A stretch of 64,000 bases of DNA from Blepharisma stoltei ATCC 30299 (Eukaryota; Protista; Ciliophora), in NCBI GenBank assembly GCA_965603825.1, contig CBFDEM010000057.1:682001-746000 (forward strand). Direction: 5' to 3'. The translations under genes were made by a program, and so were the position numbers. The notes below the pieces were generated by a model. The model made no database searches. It saw only the letters and a program-made list of their open reading frames with translations, and was not told the origin of the DNA. Shown in pieces: positions 1 to 12,272 of this stretch (position 1 is its first letter; each line of letters begins with the position of its first letter).

Positions 1-331
1 GCATTCCAGATTTAGATAATCTTAAACCTGGACTATTTGACAAGTTTATAGATTAAAAAATTTCATTTATAGATAATCAAATTTTTAAAAGAAGAGGCGA
101 GATCTCATTTTCTGCTAAAATTTAAGCCAAGTTAAAATAAATAATAATTATTTTATATACAAAAAATAATTTTACAATTAAAATGTTTGAACCCCAACTG
201 TGGCTTTTAGTTAATCATTTTTAAATCATAAATAAATTTGTTATGTTCCAACAGAATTTTCGCATATCTTATTTAAAGGATTTTTATTTATTATTACTGC
301 TTCAAATAGATCATAAATTATAACAATATAA

Positions 332-730
332 ATGTCAAGCATATTCGAGCACTTTCAGTCAAAGCTTAAAGAGAGAGGCATTACTTCTCAAAATTTACTT
401 CGTGCAACTTATATTTTCGTTGGCTTAAACGTGGTGTGAATTGGAACTCTGTGAACTTTTTGTTTTATTGTTAGTCCAACCAAAAATATAGTAAGTAAGC
501 TACCTTGGCAATTTGTTAAAAATGCGTTTGCAAAGGTTGAATATAAAGCAAATGCTCAGAAACACCCTAAACGTCTTCCAGAAGAGAAAAGAGGAAGGCT
601 TAGTATCTCGTTTGTAGAGATGCTTGTAATGAAAGGATTATTAGGACCAGTGGCATTGCCCATAAAATTATGGCTTGCAATTAAATTGACTAATTTTTCC
701 CAGACTGCACCTCCCAATTCTACACAATAG
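332..730 (+). CDS. small membrane protein (132 aa), possibly DUF1279/FAM210-like; absent from the ORF track
   Basis: ATG 332 to TAG 728-730 is open if two TGA codons are Trp (MSSIFEHFQSKLKERG...VGLNVVWIGTLWTFCFIV...GPVALPIKLWLAIKL); two hydrophobic segments. Confidence 0.65.
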
Positions 731-1149
731 CTAAATAGATAATCCCATTTAAAGAAATAATACCTATATAGAATTGATATAAAGTATTTTGCAATTAAGC
801 CAAAATTTTATTTAATTTTTGGTTGTTATCATTCAATATATAATAGACCAACCTTCCTTTCAGCAAAATCTGAATTTTTTAATTAATTTACAGCATTATT
901 AAGTCGCTTAAAATCTCATTTCTTTCTTTTCTATTCATGGCTGGTATTATAAAATCAATGATAGATCCCATTTCATTATTCCTTTCTAATAATTTATTTG
1001 AGTTTTAATTTCTGATATCCTGCATAATTCTCTAGTATATAGACTAATTTTAAAATTTTATTTAAAAACGATGAATTAATTTTCAATTTTTAAATAAAAT
1101 AAATGAAGACTTTATTTTAACTTATCTGCATCAGTTATAAACTATTCTA

Positions 1150-2151
1150 TTATGCAAGCAAATAAACTATAATTAATGACGAAAAAAACATATATTTCGC
1201 ATGTGTGATTGTGGCAATAGTATCCCAATAAAACCCTGTAAATATGTCCTTAATACAATCGTCATTTCCTTGCAATTGTGGATAAAAATAAGTTCTGTAA
1301 TAATACAAAAACAATTCCTCAGAGTTCGGCTTATCCCAAAACTGTGAAATGCAATAACTAGATAGCCTTCTCACTGTATTACACCTATCAGACATTTCAC
1401 TGTTAATCCAATTAGTGATCACAGTTATCAAATGTGCATATATCAAATCTCCAGGAAATAGCGTGCAATAGCTGGCTCCTTCAGGGTTCATCCCACACAT
1501 ACAATCAGAATAAAAAACTCTATGGCTACTAGCCTCTGACGTACAATCCATATATGAATTGCATTTTCTCGGCAAGGCACTTTCATTAAAGGACTGGACT
1601 GGATCTATGCAGAGTCCTTGTCAGCACATCCCTCCTGCACAAAGTTCAGAAAATTGGCTAAAACATCTTGATGTGGACGCATTGGCTGGGAGAGAAAAAT
1701 ATTGTATGCATTCTCCTTCACTACAAGCAGCCCAGTTTACACATTCATAGTCTGACTTGCAGCCAGTTGCCCCAAGCTCTAGCTGCTTTACACATTTATT
1801 ATTGCTGCAATAAAGACCTGGGTTGCATTCTTCATCTAAGTTACAATCTTCTTTGAGTGCTTTTGATTGGCAGTAGCCTTCAAGGCATTCTCCGTATTTA
1901 CAGTGTTTTTTCTTATTGCAGGGTTCTCCAGGATACGAAAGCTCTTCTGGGAAAAGTGGGTTTGCGGTGCAATATGATACATCAGTGCCTGAATCACAAA
2001 ATGGTTTATTATTGTCTTTACAAGGCTCGAGATATAAAGTGTTGTTTACAAGGTTGACACAAGATCCTGCAGGCATTTGAACTGCTCCATTATTACACAT
2101 CATAGGATGACATTGCATAGCAGCGAGCTGTAAAAGCAAAAATCGATCCAT
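1150..2151 (-). CDS. cysteine-rich secreted or GPI-type surface protein (Dickkopf/EGF-like Cys repeats)
   Basis: ORFs 1621-2184 and 1150-1575 join in frame through TGA=Trp (GGMC-W-QGLCIDP); likely start MDRFLLLQLAA (signal peptide); hydrophobic C-terminus FFSSLIIVYLLA. Confidence 0.8.
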
Positions 2152-2262
2152 TATTAATTTTAGTTTATTTTCAACACATTTCATGATATCTTACCCATAT
2201 GAAACCTTTATCAAATTTTAATAAAGAAATGAGTTAGGATAATAACATTTATTGGCTACAAT

Positions 2263-3327
2263 ATGTCAGGCTGTTTAGGTAGACAACCTAAAAGAAAGAG
2301 ACTTAAAGTATTCGAGTCCTTGACAGACGCGCGCGACGACAAAGTTGCAGTGACTCGAATGCTTGAAGTCTCCAATTCGCCATGCATTGCTACTTTACTT
2401 GCCCATTGCCGAACACTTGGGGAAATTCAACTTTTTGACTCATCGAGGGCTTTCTTAGGAATTTTTAGGATTGCTTATTACGACATCCGTGACGCTGAGC
2501 GGGCTAAAACTGAATTAGAAACACTATACGACGTTTTATACGTTTCCCCAGGTTCTGATTCCAAATTTTCCGACTATATAATAGTCCCTCAAGCGAATTT
2601 TAATTACCAAGCGCATCTCAGGTATGGAGAAATAATGAGCACAGAGCTGATTGGCTCCTATATAATTGTTCGATATTTTGACGTGCGAGCTTCTAAACGA
2701 ACTTATTCAGAGCCCTACGAATTCGAAGAAGACGAGTTCTACGAAAACGAGTTCCACGACAGCCCATTATTATCTTCACAGCTTGATTTAAGCATAAGCT
2801 CAGAATCGACCTCGCCAAGCCCTTACTTTTTCTTTGGTTCTGAAGGCTCAAATCAAGACAGTCCTTATGATGAGAGAAAAAAGCCACGCAAAAAGCCGCT
2901 TGATGAAGAAGAAAAAATATTTTTTATAATTAGGCTAGATACAATTTTGTCAGGAGAAGAAAAGAGGACGACGATCATGATTAAAAACATCCCAAATAAA
3001 TATACTCAGCAGATGCTGCTGGATAGCATAGACAAGCATTTTGCAAAGACTTATGATTTTTTTTATTTGCCAATTGACTTCAAAAATAAATGCAATGTAG
3101 GCTATGCGTTTATCAATTTCCTGGACCCGTATACCATTATTGAGTTTTATAAGGAGTATAATGGGAAGCGCTGGGAAAGGTTCAACAGTGAAAAAATCTG
3201 TGCTCTTGCCTATGCACGAATCCAAGGAAGGCAAGGGCTAATCCAGCATTTTCAGTGCTCATCTGTGATGAATCAGGACGACATCAAGGTAAAGCCTCTT
3301 ATTCTCCAAATTAATCCTCAATTTTAA
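2263..3327 (+). CDS. Mei2-like RNA-binding protein (RRM3-type C-terminal domain)
   Basis: TTIMIKNIPNKYTQQMLL...YDFFYLPIDFKNKCNVGYAFINF...WERFNSEKICALAYARIQG. Confidence 0.9.
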   Translation: MSGCLGRQPKRKRLKVFESLTDARDDKVAVTRMLEVSNSPCIATLLAHCRTLGEIQLFDSSRAFLGIFRIAYYDIRDAERAKTELETLYDVLYVSPGSDSKFSDYIIVPQANFNYQAHLRYGEIMSTELIGSYIIVRYFDVRASKRTYSEPYEFEEDEFYENEFHDSPLLSSQLDLSISSESTSPSPYFFFGSEGSNQDSPYDERKKPRKKPLDEEEKIFFIIRLDTILSGEEKRTTIMIKNIPNKYTQQMLLDSIDKHFAKTYDFFYLPIDFKNKCNVGYAFINFLDPYTIIEFYKEYNGKRWERFNSEKICALAYARIQGRQGLIQHFQCSSVMNQDDIKVKPLILQINPQF

Positions 3328-3342
3328 ACAATTTTTATAAAA

Positions 3343-4734
3343 ATGGGCTGCTGCAGTGCTACATCTTGTAAAACTAATACAAAAACACCTTTAACTTCAA
3401 TAAGTTTAAGAGAGTACCCCAGAAAGACCATTCTCAGTATAAAGTCAAGAGCTCAGAATTCCATTAAAAAATCTAAATTAGATGATGTAGAATTTGATCT
3501 CACAAATCCAGTTTTCGCATATTCAAAGCGCTTTAATCTAGGCGATAAAACATTTTGAGCTTCTGCCTGCGTCATTCCAGGGTTTGATCCTAAAGGTGAA
3601 ATCCCTAAAACCTGCCAAGACTACTCTTCATTTTTGAAAGATGACAAAAGCGCTTTACTAGTCCTTTTCGACGGACACGGACCTGAAGGCGAAAAAGTTG
3701 TGGAGCGCTGCGGAGAAATTGTTGAGGAATTTTTCTCAACAAGAAAAGCAGAATTTGAGGTAAAATGAATATAGGAAGACCCATCAAGCTTTTTAAATGA
3801 GCTTACCAAAAGTTGTGATGACGAAGTCCTTGGGTCAACTAAATTTGATTCTTATTATTCAGGCTGCACAGAAGTCTTAGTTTATTTCCACGGAAATAAT
3901 ATACATTGTGCTAGCCTTGGTGACTCAAGAGCTATAATTGCAACGACTGAGCCGCCTGAAGTAATGCCTGCACCTACTGCTGCATGAGGAGAGGACAAAA
4001 AAGTGTTGGACGAAGTGAGGAAGAGAAGAAACAGCGTGGTAAATCCGGAAATCAAAGCAATCCAGCTTACAAAAGACCAGAAGCCAGAAGACCCAGAAGA
4101 ACTGATGAGAATTATTAAAAGTGGAGGAAGAGTCCAAAGGACAGTTGACGAGAACGGCAATAGAATTGGACCATTCAGAGTATGAGAACTCAATGTAAAC
4201 GCCCCAGGCTTAGCCATGAGCAGGTCTATAGGAGATGGCATGGGCACCAGGGTTGGCGTCATTGCAAAGCCAATATGCACAGAATACCAGCTTAAAGGAG
4301 AATCTGACTATTTTATAGTAGTCGCGTCTGATGGGGTTTGAGATGTACTTGATAACCAAGATGTAGTCAATTTTGTGGAGTATTATAGAAATAAATGCAG
4401 GAGGGAAATAGAAGTAGTGTCAAATGAGGAAAAAGTCACACAGGAAAACGCGTGTATTGCACAGCTCCTGTGTGAAGAAGCAAGAGTTAGATGGTTTTCT
4501 ATTGTAGAAGAAGAGGATGTGCTGATTGATGATATTTCGTGTGTGATTTTAGAAATAAATGAAAGCCAGTTCTTTATTGGACAAAGTGATATGAATAAGC
4601 GGCCGAATTTAGAGCCTTCAATTAGTCATATAGAAATGCATGAGCATAGGACACCATCTTTAGATGATGTAATTTTGAGAGACCCAAGAAGAAGCTCTGT
4701 TGTAGGAAAGGATGAAGATTTATTAAAAGAATAA
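3343..4734 (+). CDS. protein phosphatase 2C (PPM family), N-terminal MGCC acylation motif
   Basis: With TGA=Trp and intron 3760-3774 removed: CQD, LFDGHG, LGDSRA, GLAMSRSIGD, VASDGVWD, DDISC. Confidence 0.9.
3760..3774 (+). other. 15-nt spliceosomal intron
   Basis: GTAAAATGAATATAG; ends in an in-frame TAG; removal restores the PP2C frame; A at position 10. Confidence 0.9.
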
Positions 4735-4785
4735 ATTAAACGTGGACATTATATATAGCTATGATTTATATAGGTAATATTTATA

Positions 4786-7700
4786 TTACTTGCTGCTACA
4801 TTGTGATTCTGCCTGGTGAAGCTGCTTCAAGGCTTCCTCTTTAATTTTATTTCAGTCCCGCTTCTCTTCATTGATTGGCTCAGGACAAGGGCTCATTTCT
4901 TTACTTTTATCCTTTTTTTTGATTAATGAGCTTTTAATAAGGCTGCTAAGTACTACTGATAAATTATTCATTTTGTGTTCAAGAATTTCCATTGAAATAT
5001 CTACTGTACCATAAAACTTGATACATTTCGAAAAATTATCCATTAAGATACTTTCTATATGACTTTTTGATATATTTTGCAGAGGCAGCACCGCACTTTT
5101 TGGATCCTCATTAATGATTTTTTCAATTTTTCCACAAGCCTCAGAATCTTTTCCAGCCTTTAAAATTCTTTTTATTTCATTTATTTGATTTACAATCCCT
5201 TTAACAGCTTTTTCAATAATTTCAGGATTTTTTGACACGAAAATTTCTCTTAAAGTTTGTACTAAGCTTGAGTCAGCTTTTATATGGTCAAGAATAAAAT
5301 GTGGGGAGCTATCATACATTTTGCAGATTTTATTTAGAATTTCATCTGATTTTTTCCTATCTGCTTTTAGCCTCCCAATACAATTATAAAGCTGATTGAT
5401 GTCTTGCTCTTCAAGCTCTTCCTGAAGCTCAGACACAATGTCGTATAGCTTTTGTAGATCAACATATAATGCATCTCGGTCGTTTTTTAAGTCAATTACT
5501 CTATCAATTAGCAAATTGGGGTTATCTTCATCAAGTTCTTGGCAGAGATTTTCAATGACTGCGTTTAAATTGGGGAAAGAGTTGATTTTTTGTCGCTCAT
5601 CTTCGCTCAGAATTTTTCTACCAGTTGTTGGGCGAGGTGTAAAAGCGCCTGAAGAAATTATTGAATTTCTTGAGCTTATGTCTCTTTTTAGATCCTATAT
5701 AAATTATACAAGTTTTGGAAACCCATCAGTATTTTTTACTTGGTCAAGGTCTATTTGTAGACGTTTCTGATTACTTATTTGTTGATTCAAATCATGAATT
5801 TCATGATTTTTTGTTTCTATTTCTGCATTTAGCTTATTTAGTAAATTCTCCAATTCTTTTTTATTCACTCCTAATAATGATATTTCTTTTTCCTGAATTT
5901 TGCATTTGTCCTCAAGCTCTCTCAGCTTGACTTTCAAAGTATCCCTTTCCTTAATGCCTTCTTTTTGTATATCAGCTGCATAATTTGTGATATACTCATT
6001 ACTTTTTGTGAGGTCCATCTTTTCTGCTTCTATCCCTCTGATTTTTTCTTCTAAAAGCTTAATTCTTTCAGCTGATGCATCTTTTGTCGGCTTTTTTTTG
6101 TTAATTTGTTGCAGTCTTTCAAGGTCTAATATTCTGGCTTGGTTTTCTTTTAGTTTTTTATTTGCAGCTGCCAGCTCACTTTCCAGCTGGGCTATTTTTA
6201 TTTGGCCATCCTTAATCTTTTTAATTGCGTTAGAGCTTGTCCTTTTCGCTTCTTTCAGCTCATCTTGAAGACTTTGCTGACCATTTTCTAAATCAACTAC
6301 AGGGCTTCGATTTCTAGGGCTTACAACCTTTTTTTGGCTCAATTTTAGCTGGTCTAATTCTTTTTGTAAATTATCATAATTTTTATATACACTTAGCAGC
6401 TCATCTCTTTGGGCTTTGATTATTTTTTCTAATTCTATTGGGGAGTTTTTCAGTGTTGGGCTGCCTGGTTCGATTTTAAACGATGCAGCACTTTCATTCA
6501 AGCTTCCCCCTTTATTCTTTTTTGCGTCATTCAGCTCTTTGGCGATTTTCATGGCTTCTTCTTTCAGCGCTTCTTTATCATTTTCAATTTCAATTTCTCT
6601 ATTTTTGGCTTCTTCAAACTTATTTTCATAGTCAAGGCATACTTCTTCAAGATAAGAGATTTTCTGCTGAAGCTCGTTAATTTCTTCTTCTTTAGTTTGC
6701 GATAAAGCCTCGTATTTTCCAGTAAGTTCATCTATTGATTTTTTCAGAATTTTGCTTTCTAAGTCGATAGAAGTAAGTTTTTCAGTTAGTGAGTGGATAT
6801 ATTTGTCTTTTACTTGGATTTGGGAATTTAGCTTCATTTCTTCTTCGAAGTCTCTTCTCATGAAGCCTCTGGAAGACTGGGTGCCTCCTAAAGAAGAATT
6901 TTTTGATTTTTCTTTTAGAAGCTGAGATAATGTTGGGATTTGGCTTTCATATTTTGCTAAGGACCTTTCTTTTTGGTTCAGCTTTTCTAATATTTCTGCA
7001 ATTTTTTGGTTCGTTTGTGCAGAAAATTCATTTATAGCCTCTGCAGCCCAATTTTTAAGGGAAACCATTTCAAAGCCTCCTCCTGACCCAAAAGAGTTTG
7101 ACCTTGAAAGTCTTACCTTATCAGAGTCTGACTGAATCGACTTCATATGCATTTGATATTTTTTCACAAATTTCGTCATTTCTTGATACTGTTCCTGCAG
7201 AAGTTCTGACTCTTCCCTCACTTTTCTCAGTTTTTCTTTCAAGCCCTCAATATTTTCTTTCAAGCTTGAATTTTCTTCTAACAAAGCAACCATATCTTGT
7301 CCTTTCAAAGTATCTTTAGGATAAGGCTGCTCCAAGTTGCACTTCCCCATTGAATTCTCAAACTGAAAAGTCGTGCTTTTCGACAAATTAATCGAATTAA
7401 AAGACCCTAGCCTTTTTGGAGAAAAAGAAAGTGACATCGTCTTCGACTCAAGCAAATCCCCATCAAGCATTTTCACTTTACTCGTAATCGCTTCTATTTT
7501 TTGCTTTAATTCATTCACTTCTAGCTGCTGCATTCTTTCATATTCAATTTCAAATTTCTTTTTTCTCCCAATTAACTCTTTTAACTCCTGAAAAGTGTTT
7601 TTAAAATCAAAAGCCGAGCTCTTCACGACCGAAGTCCAAATAAAGGAATTCAAGTCAGTAAAGGCTTTTGCAATCACTTGCCTGATCATATCATCAGATA

Positions 7701-8052
7701 ACTTCTTGCTATCCTTAATAGAAAGAATCAACATTTGGCATTGCGCTTCTGATAACTTTTCACTAATCGCAGTCAGAACCCTTTTCAAGCCTTCACTTCC
7801 TGGGTCTTCTAAATTTGTGATCAGCTGCTCTAAATTTTCATTAGATTTTTGTATTTGTGATTCGAGGATGTCTAATTTTAGCTCATGATCTGAGCTAGAA
7901 GTTATAGATGGGGCTGTTAAAATACTAGAAATGTGGTTTACAACGGAAAAGTATTTTTCCTCAAGGGCACTTGGATTTTGCTTGAAATCGCTTATGGAGG
8001 ACTCTTGAGGGTTCTTTGTGCCTCTGGGGGAAATTATCTTATTTCTTTGCAT
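4786..8052 (-). CDS. large coiled-coil protein (~1080 aa)
   Basis: ORFs 5704-8052 and 4852-5514 join after removal of intron 5695-5709; the TGA at 4852 reads through to TAA at 4786-4788; heptad-rich E/K/L composition. Confidence 0.8.
5695..5709 (-). other. 15-nt spliceosomal intron
   Basis: minus strand GTATAATTTATATAG contains in-frame TAA and TAG; removal restores the ORF. Confidence 0.88.
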
Positions 8053-8096
8053 ATTTATTATATGCAGAATTTAGAAAACTTATGAAAAAAAATTGG

Positions 8097-9095
8097 TTAG
8101 AAAAGGATGTCTGCAGTTGGCTGGGCTGATGTAAAAGAGCTGCGGCCTCGGAGGACTCCACAGTCAACGAGGCCTAAGATATTTAGTTCGACGTGCTGCA
8201 AAGAGACCATAAGAATTTTGGCGCCTTCGTCTTCGATGTAGTTGTGGTTGAGAGAAAAAATTTTAAGCATTGTGAGTCTTGGGAGCTCTTTTGCAAGGCA
8301 CATTATGCCTGATTTTGTGATGCTGTTGGTGTCAAGGTATAGCTCGCTTAATGAAGAAGGAAAAGCTTGAGCAAGTGGGAGCAAGCCTTCAGATTGGATA
8401 TTGTTTTCGCTTAGTTTAAGCGTTTTTAAGCCTAAAAGGCCTTTAATTCCTGCTGCAATTGACCGAGTCCCGTCAATTCCAATTTCATTTTTCTCGAGAT
8501 CTAAAACTGCTAAAGATGATAATGAAGCTAGTGTATTCCCCAAAGATGCAGCACCCAGGTCTCCTATCATATTTTCTCCTAAATGTAATACTTGAAGAGC
8601 TTTTAATCCATAAAGTCCAGTTGCAATATATTTAATCCCTTCATCTCCTAAACTTGCATTTTGAATTAGTAGTCTTTCTAAGGAATACATAGAATCTAGT
8701 GCTTCAGCCACCCTTTTTGCACCTTCAGTGCCTATGCTATTAAAGCTTAATTCAAGCTCTTTGAGATTAGTTAAGTCTTTTAACGGATCTGCTAGAATTT
8801 CTCATACCTCATTTCCTGTAAACGCCGAATTTAGGATTAATTTGTGCAGGTGGTAATAGTAAGGCAAGACCACAGATAAAAAGGAGGTATTTTCTTCGTT
8901 AATTTCTTTATAGCTTAAATTTATTGTAGATAAATCGGTTTGTTTTTGTTGGTAAACTAGGTCTACCAAGTGCGATATAGATTTATTCATATTGCTACAG
9001 CTATATGGATAGGCAGTTGGGTCTTTTAAGGAGTGCCGAAGATTAAGTAAATCTGAGTCTGGAGTAGAGCGGTAGCATGCGCAATTACTGCCCAT
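8097..9095 (-). CDS. RNI-like leucine-rich repeat protein (NLRC3/RanGAP-type LRRs)
   Basis: ORFs 8802-9095 and 8097-8711 join via TGA=Trp (GNEV-W-EILADPLKDLTNLKELELSFNSIG); ~28-aa LxxLxLxxNxIGDxG repeats; MGSNC N-terminus. Confidence 0.85.
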
Positions 9096-9214
9096 TGATA
9101 TTTAACTTTTATTATTTTTATTGGATCTTTTATTTATCATTGGCTTACTAATTTTCAATTTATTTATCAATCAACAAAAATTAGTATTTTATTTAATTAT
9201 ATCATAGATAAATC

Positions 9215-9595
9215 AATACCAAAATCTTATAGGAATCTCTTTTATCTTCTTCAGAAACTCATTTCTTGTCCCAATATTTTCTGATGCCATATCTTAGCTA
9301 ATTCTTTACTGGTTTTATCATAATTTAGCTCTATGAATTGTTTGAACCTTTCTATATCTATTATTAATCTGCGATGACCTGTGTGATATCCTGTCTTTGC
9401 TTTTATATCGCCTGTTTGCTTTTTTAATTTCTTCCATTTTATTATAGTCTTTCTACTAATTTCAAATATTTTACTAGCTCTTTTATCGTGTTACCATCCA
9501 ATAAAAAATTCATTACTCTTAATCTTAAATCATATGAATATGCTTTTGCCTTAACGTTTAACCAGTAGTATTTATATAGTTTGACTTAAGTATAA
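9215..9595 (-). mobile_element. decayed bacterial IS630-family transposase (N-terminal HTH plus start of the catalytic region)
   Basis: Minus strand reads AKAYSYDLRLRVMNFLLDGNTIK, then after a frameshift ASKIFEISRKTIIKWKKLKKQTGDIKAKTGYHTGHRRLIIDIERFKQFIELNYDKTSKELAKIWHQKI, then after an apparent deletion IGTRNEFLKKIKEIP. The expected ATG reads AAG at 9550-9552; a possible TA-flanked end lies near 9593. Confidence 0.8.
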
Positions 9596-9753
9596 ACTAT
9601 TTTATACATGAAGTCACTACATTATGGCTTTATGCTATATTTAGAAGATAAACGATATCATACGTAACTTATAAAAGCAAAAAACAAAGTCTTAATGACT
9701 TTATTTAGTGATTTTTTTCCTTACTGTTACCTATATTTTAAGGAAGTTTGGGA

Positions 9754-9864
9754 TTAAGAGATGCTCTCAATAAATATCCAGCACCTCAGATATTTAATAG
9801 TCAGCAAGGTAGCCATTATACAGGGCATGATCATATTGAAATATTAAAAAATAATAATATTCAA
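9754..9864 (+). mobile_element. fragment of a bacterial IS3-family transposase (integrase core)
   Basis: LRDALNKYPAPQIFNSQQGSHYTGHDHIEILKNNNIQ resembles the IS3 core motif ALxxYGxPEIFNSDQGSQYTSxxxxxxLxxxxIQIS; catalytic D reads Q. Confidence 0.7.
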
Positions 9865-9868
9865 AGAT

Positions 9869-10534
9869 ATGAAAAATTATTATCGAGCCACACAAATATA
9901 TAGTCTGGCTATTGATTACTTATCTACCGCATCTAGAACTGAGTCCCAAAAGGGATTGACTACAGAAGTACAAAAACTCTACTCTGGAGCGAGAAACAAG
10001 TTTATCAATACTCTAACCTTTGGTATAGGTGAAGCAGCAGTATTTTTGGCTTACTTTCATAGCAACGGCAAAAGTGTACCAGTTGATTTCGAATTAGCGG
10101 AGTTCTTTATCGTTTTAGGTAGTAAGCTCAATGACTCATTATCTATTCAATTGATAAATGAAGTCTATGATTCTGAAAGTCCTATTAACATGAGTATTGA
10201 GTATCAGCGATCTCATCATGATTATTCAAGTTATTTAGAATTAGCGCAAAAATATCGCGACATTATTCATGTCATTACTCAAAAATATCCCGTTAGCACA
10301 GAGTTTGATGTTAGTGCGCAATTATGGGCCATGAAGCTTATTCATGATGAAGCTGGCCCTTTATTTGATATACATAATGATTACAATGATTATTTTCCTA
10401 ATATTCCAGTATTTCAACCATATAGTCTTTCTCATCCGCTTGCACCAGCAAGCATAGAAGAATATGAAGTAAACACAAACGGTCAGTATAATGAGGAAAG
10501 TTCAGCTCATTCTTGTCACTGTTATATTTTTTAG
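9869..10534 (+). CDS. bacterial-type protein with a Sel1-like repeat and C-terminal CaaX box (putative endosymbiont effector)
   Basis: 221-codon open frame; GIGEAAVFLAYFHSNGKSVPVDFELAEFFIVLG is Sel1-like; ends SCHCYIF*; abuts the IS3 fragment. Confidence 0.6.
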   Translation: MKNYYRATQIYSLAIDYLSTASRTESQKGLTTEVQKLYSGARNKFINTLTFGIGEAAVFLAYFHSNGKSVPVDFELAEFFIVLGSKLNDSLSIQLINEVYDSESPINMSIEYQRSHHDYSSYLELAQKYRDIIHVITQKYPVSTEFDVSAQLWAMKLIHDEAGPLFDIHNDYNDYFPNIPVFQPYSLSHPLAPASIEEYEVNTNGQYNEESSAHSCHCYIF

Positions 10535-10617
10535 TGTATGAACTTTCTATGGCACTGTTAACAAAAATAATTTAATTATTTAATAAATCATGCTATAATT
10601 CACTTATTCATAAATAA

Positions 10618-12171
10618 ATGTCAGACTCTAGCAGCTCTGAAGAACTAAGCCCTAGACAAAAGCAGCTACGAAGTTTCAAACAAACAGCTTTAGGCATGCT
10701 AATCACTTCAAGTTTTACCAGAAATCCTTCAGAGCTTCTCACACAAAAACGAATCCAAATAGAGCAGCTCAACAGTCAAGCTTTTTCAATGCATCTCCAA
10801 AACTTAGAACAAGAAGAAGAAAACCAGCCCAATGCCAAAAATCGCTATTACAAAATGCCAATTGTAAAAAGGCTCCCATCACGATATAAACGAATTTCTC
10901 CTTTAAAACGCCCATCCCACGATCTGCAAGAAACAAAAGAGCCTGATTTTCCAGAAATCGGAGAAGTTTTTTGGTCAAAAATCGACACCCATGGCTGGAT
11001 CCCTGAAACTCGGCAAAGTGCATCATTAACTGAAGCTGGCTCAAGGCTTTATTTAATAGGAGGCACAAGTCGAGATGTCCATTCTGATATCAATGTATAT
11101 TACCCTTCACAGAAAAAATGAGAAAAAATCAAAGCAAAAGGCATTGAAGCTGACCCCAGATTTGGGCACACAGCTGTAGAACTTAGAAGAAAAATCGTTG
11201 TATATGGAGGAGAAACCAGCCACTCTAGAAGTAACAGTCAGCTGAGAGAGTGTTTAAATGAGGTAAAAGCGTTTTCTATTGATGATAATGAATGAATTTA
11301 TATTAGGACAACTGGTGTTTTGATACAGTCAAGGAAAAATCATTGTGCAGCTGTAGTAGGAAAACATATGCTTATTTATGGAGGGTTAAACCAAAAAAAT
11401 AAAGCATTAGGAGATGTCGCTGTACTCAACATGAAAAATTTTAAATGAAAAGCATTAGAAATCGCTGGGCAGAAGCCTAAAGAAACTGCATTCCATGCCT
11501 GTGCAACTGTGCTAAACACAGAACAGCTTAGAGCTGAAAGCATTTATAATATACCTACAGCAAGCAATCTAGATATAAAGATCCCTGGGATTTATATATT
11601 TGGAGGTGTAGGAGATGATAGAAAACCTAATAACGATCTATGGATTTTGAATGTGGGTGGAAAAACACTATCATGGACTAAGCCAGTTACAACAGGAGAG
11701 CCACCTTCTCCGAGATTTCAGCATAGTATGGCTTATAATGATAGAGCAAAGGTATTATGTGTTTTTGGAGGGAGAATTGATACAGGCGGCTCATCGCATT
11801 ATACATGTTTTAATGATATCCATATACTTAAACTTGATAATTTGATGTGGGCGACTCTCCGGGTTTTTGGAAATATCCCTGCTTCAAGATCAGGACATTC
11901 TGCAGCTTGTGCTGGGACAAAACTGTTTATTTTTGGAGGAGTAAGCAATACATGTTTTTGCAATAGTGATTTATATGTGTTGGAATTGAACCAAAAAGCT
12001 GTAAGATATACAATTGAAGAGGAAGAAAGAAAAAAGCAGCAAGAAATAGAGATGGCTTTAATGAAGGAAAGAAAGACAGAGGAGCATCAGAAGAGGATTA
12101 GCCCTGCAAAGCTTAGAGGGATAGAAAGACCAGGGGTTAAGTTTCACTTAAGTGATAATGTATCAGCATAA
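10618..12171 (+). CDS. Kelch-repeat beta-propeller protein
   Basis: Continuous with TGA=Trp at Kelch W positions; repeats PRFGHTA..VYGG, RKNHCA..IYGG, PRFQHSM..VFGG, RSGHSA..IFGG. Confidence 0.88.
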
Positions 12172-12272
12172 TTTTAATTTAATATTTTTATTATTTTAGA
12201 TATAAAAGTTACCCTATCATTATAGACTATTTTTCCCGAATCCATCCTAATCTAAAATGGCTTATAAAAATA

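Noticed and set aside
5438-7888. Series of plus-strand F/S/L-rich ORFs, and similar antisense ORFs elsewhere such as 30788-31336
   Set aside because: They are shadows of coding sequence on the opposite strand and carry no motifs of their own.
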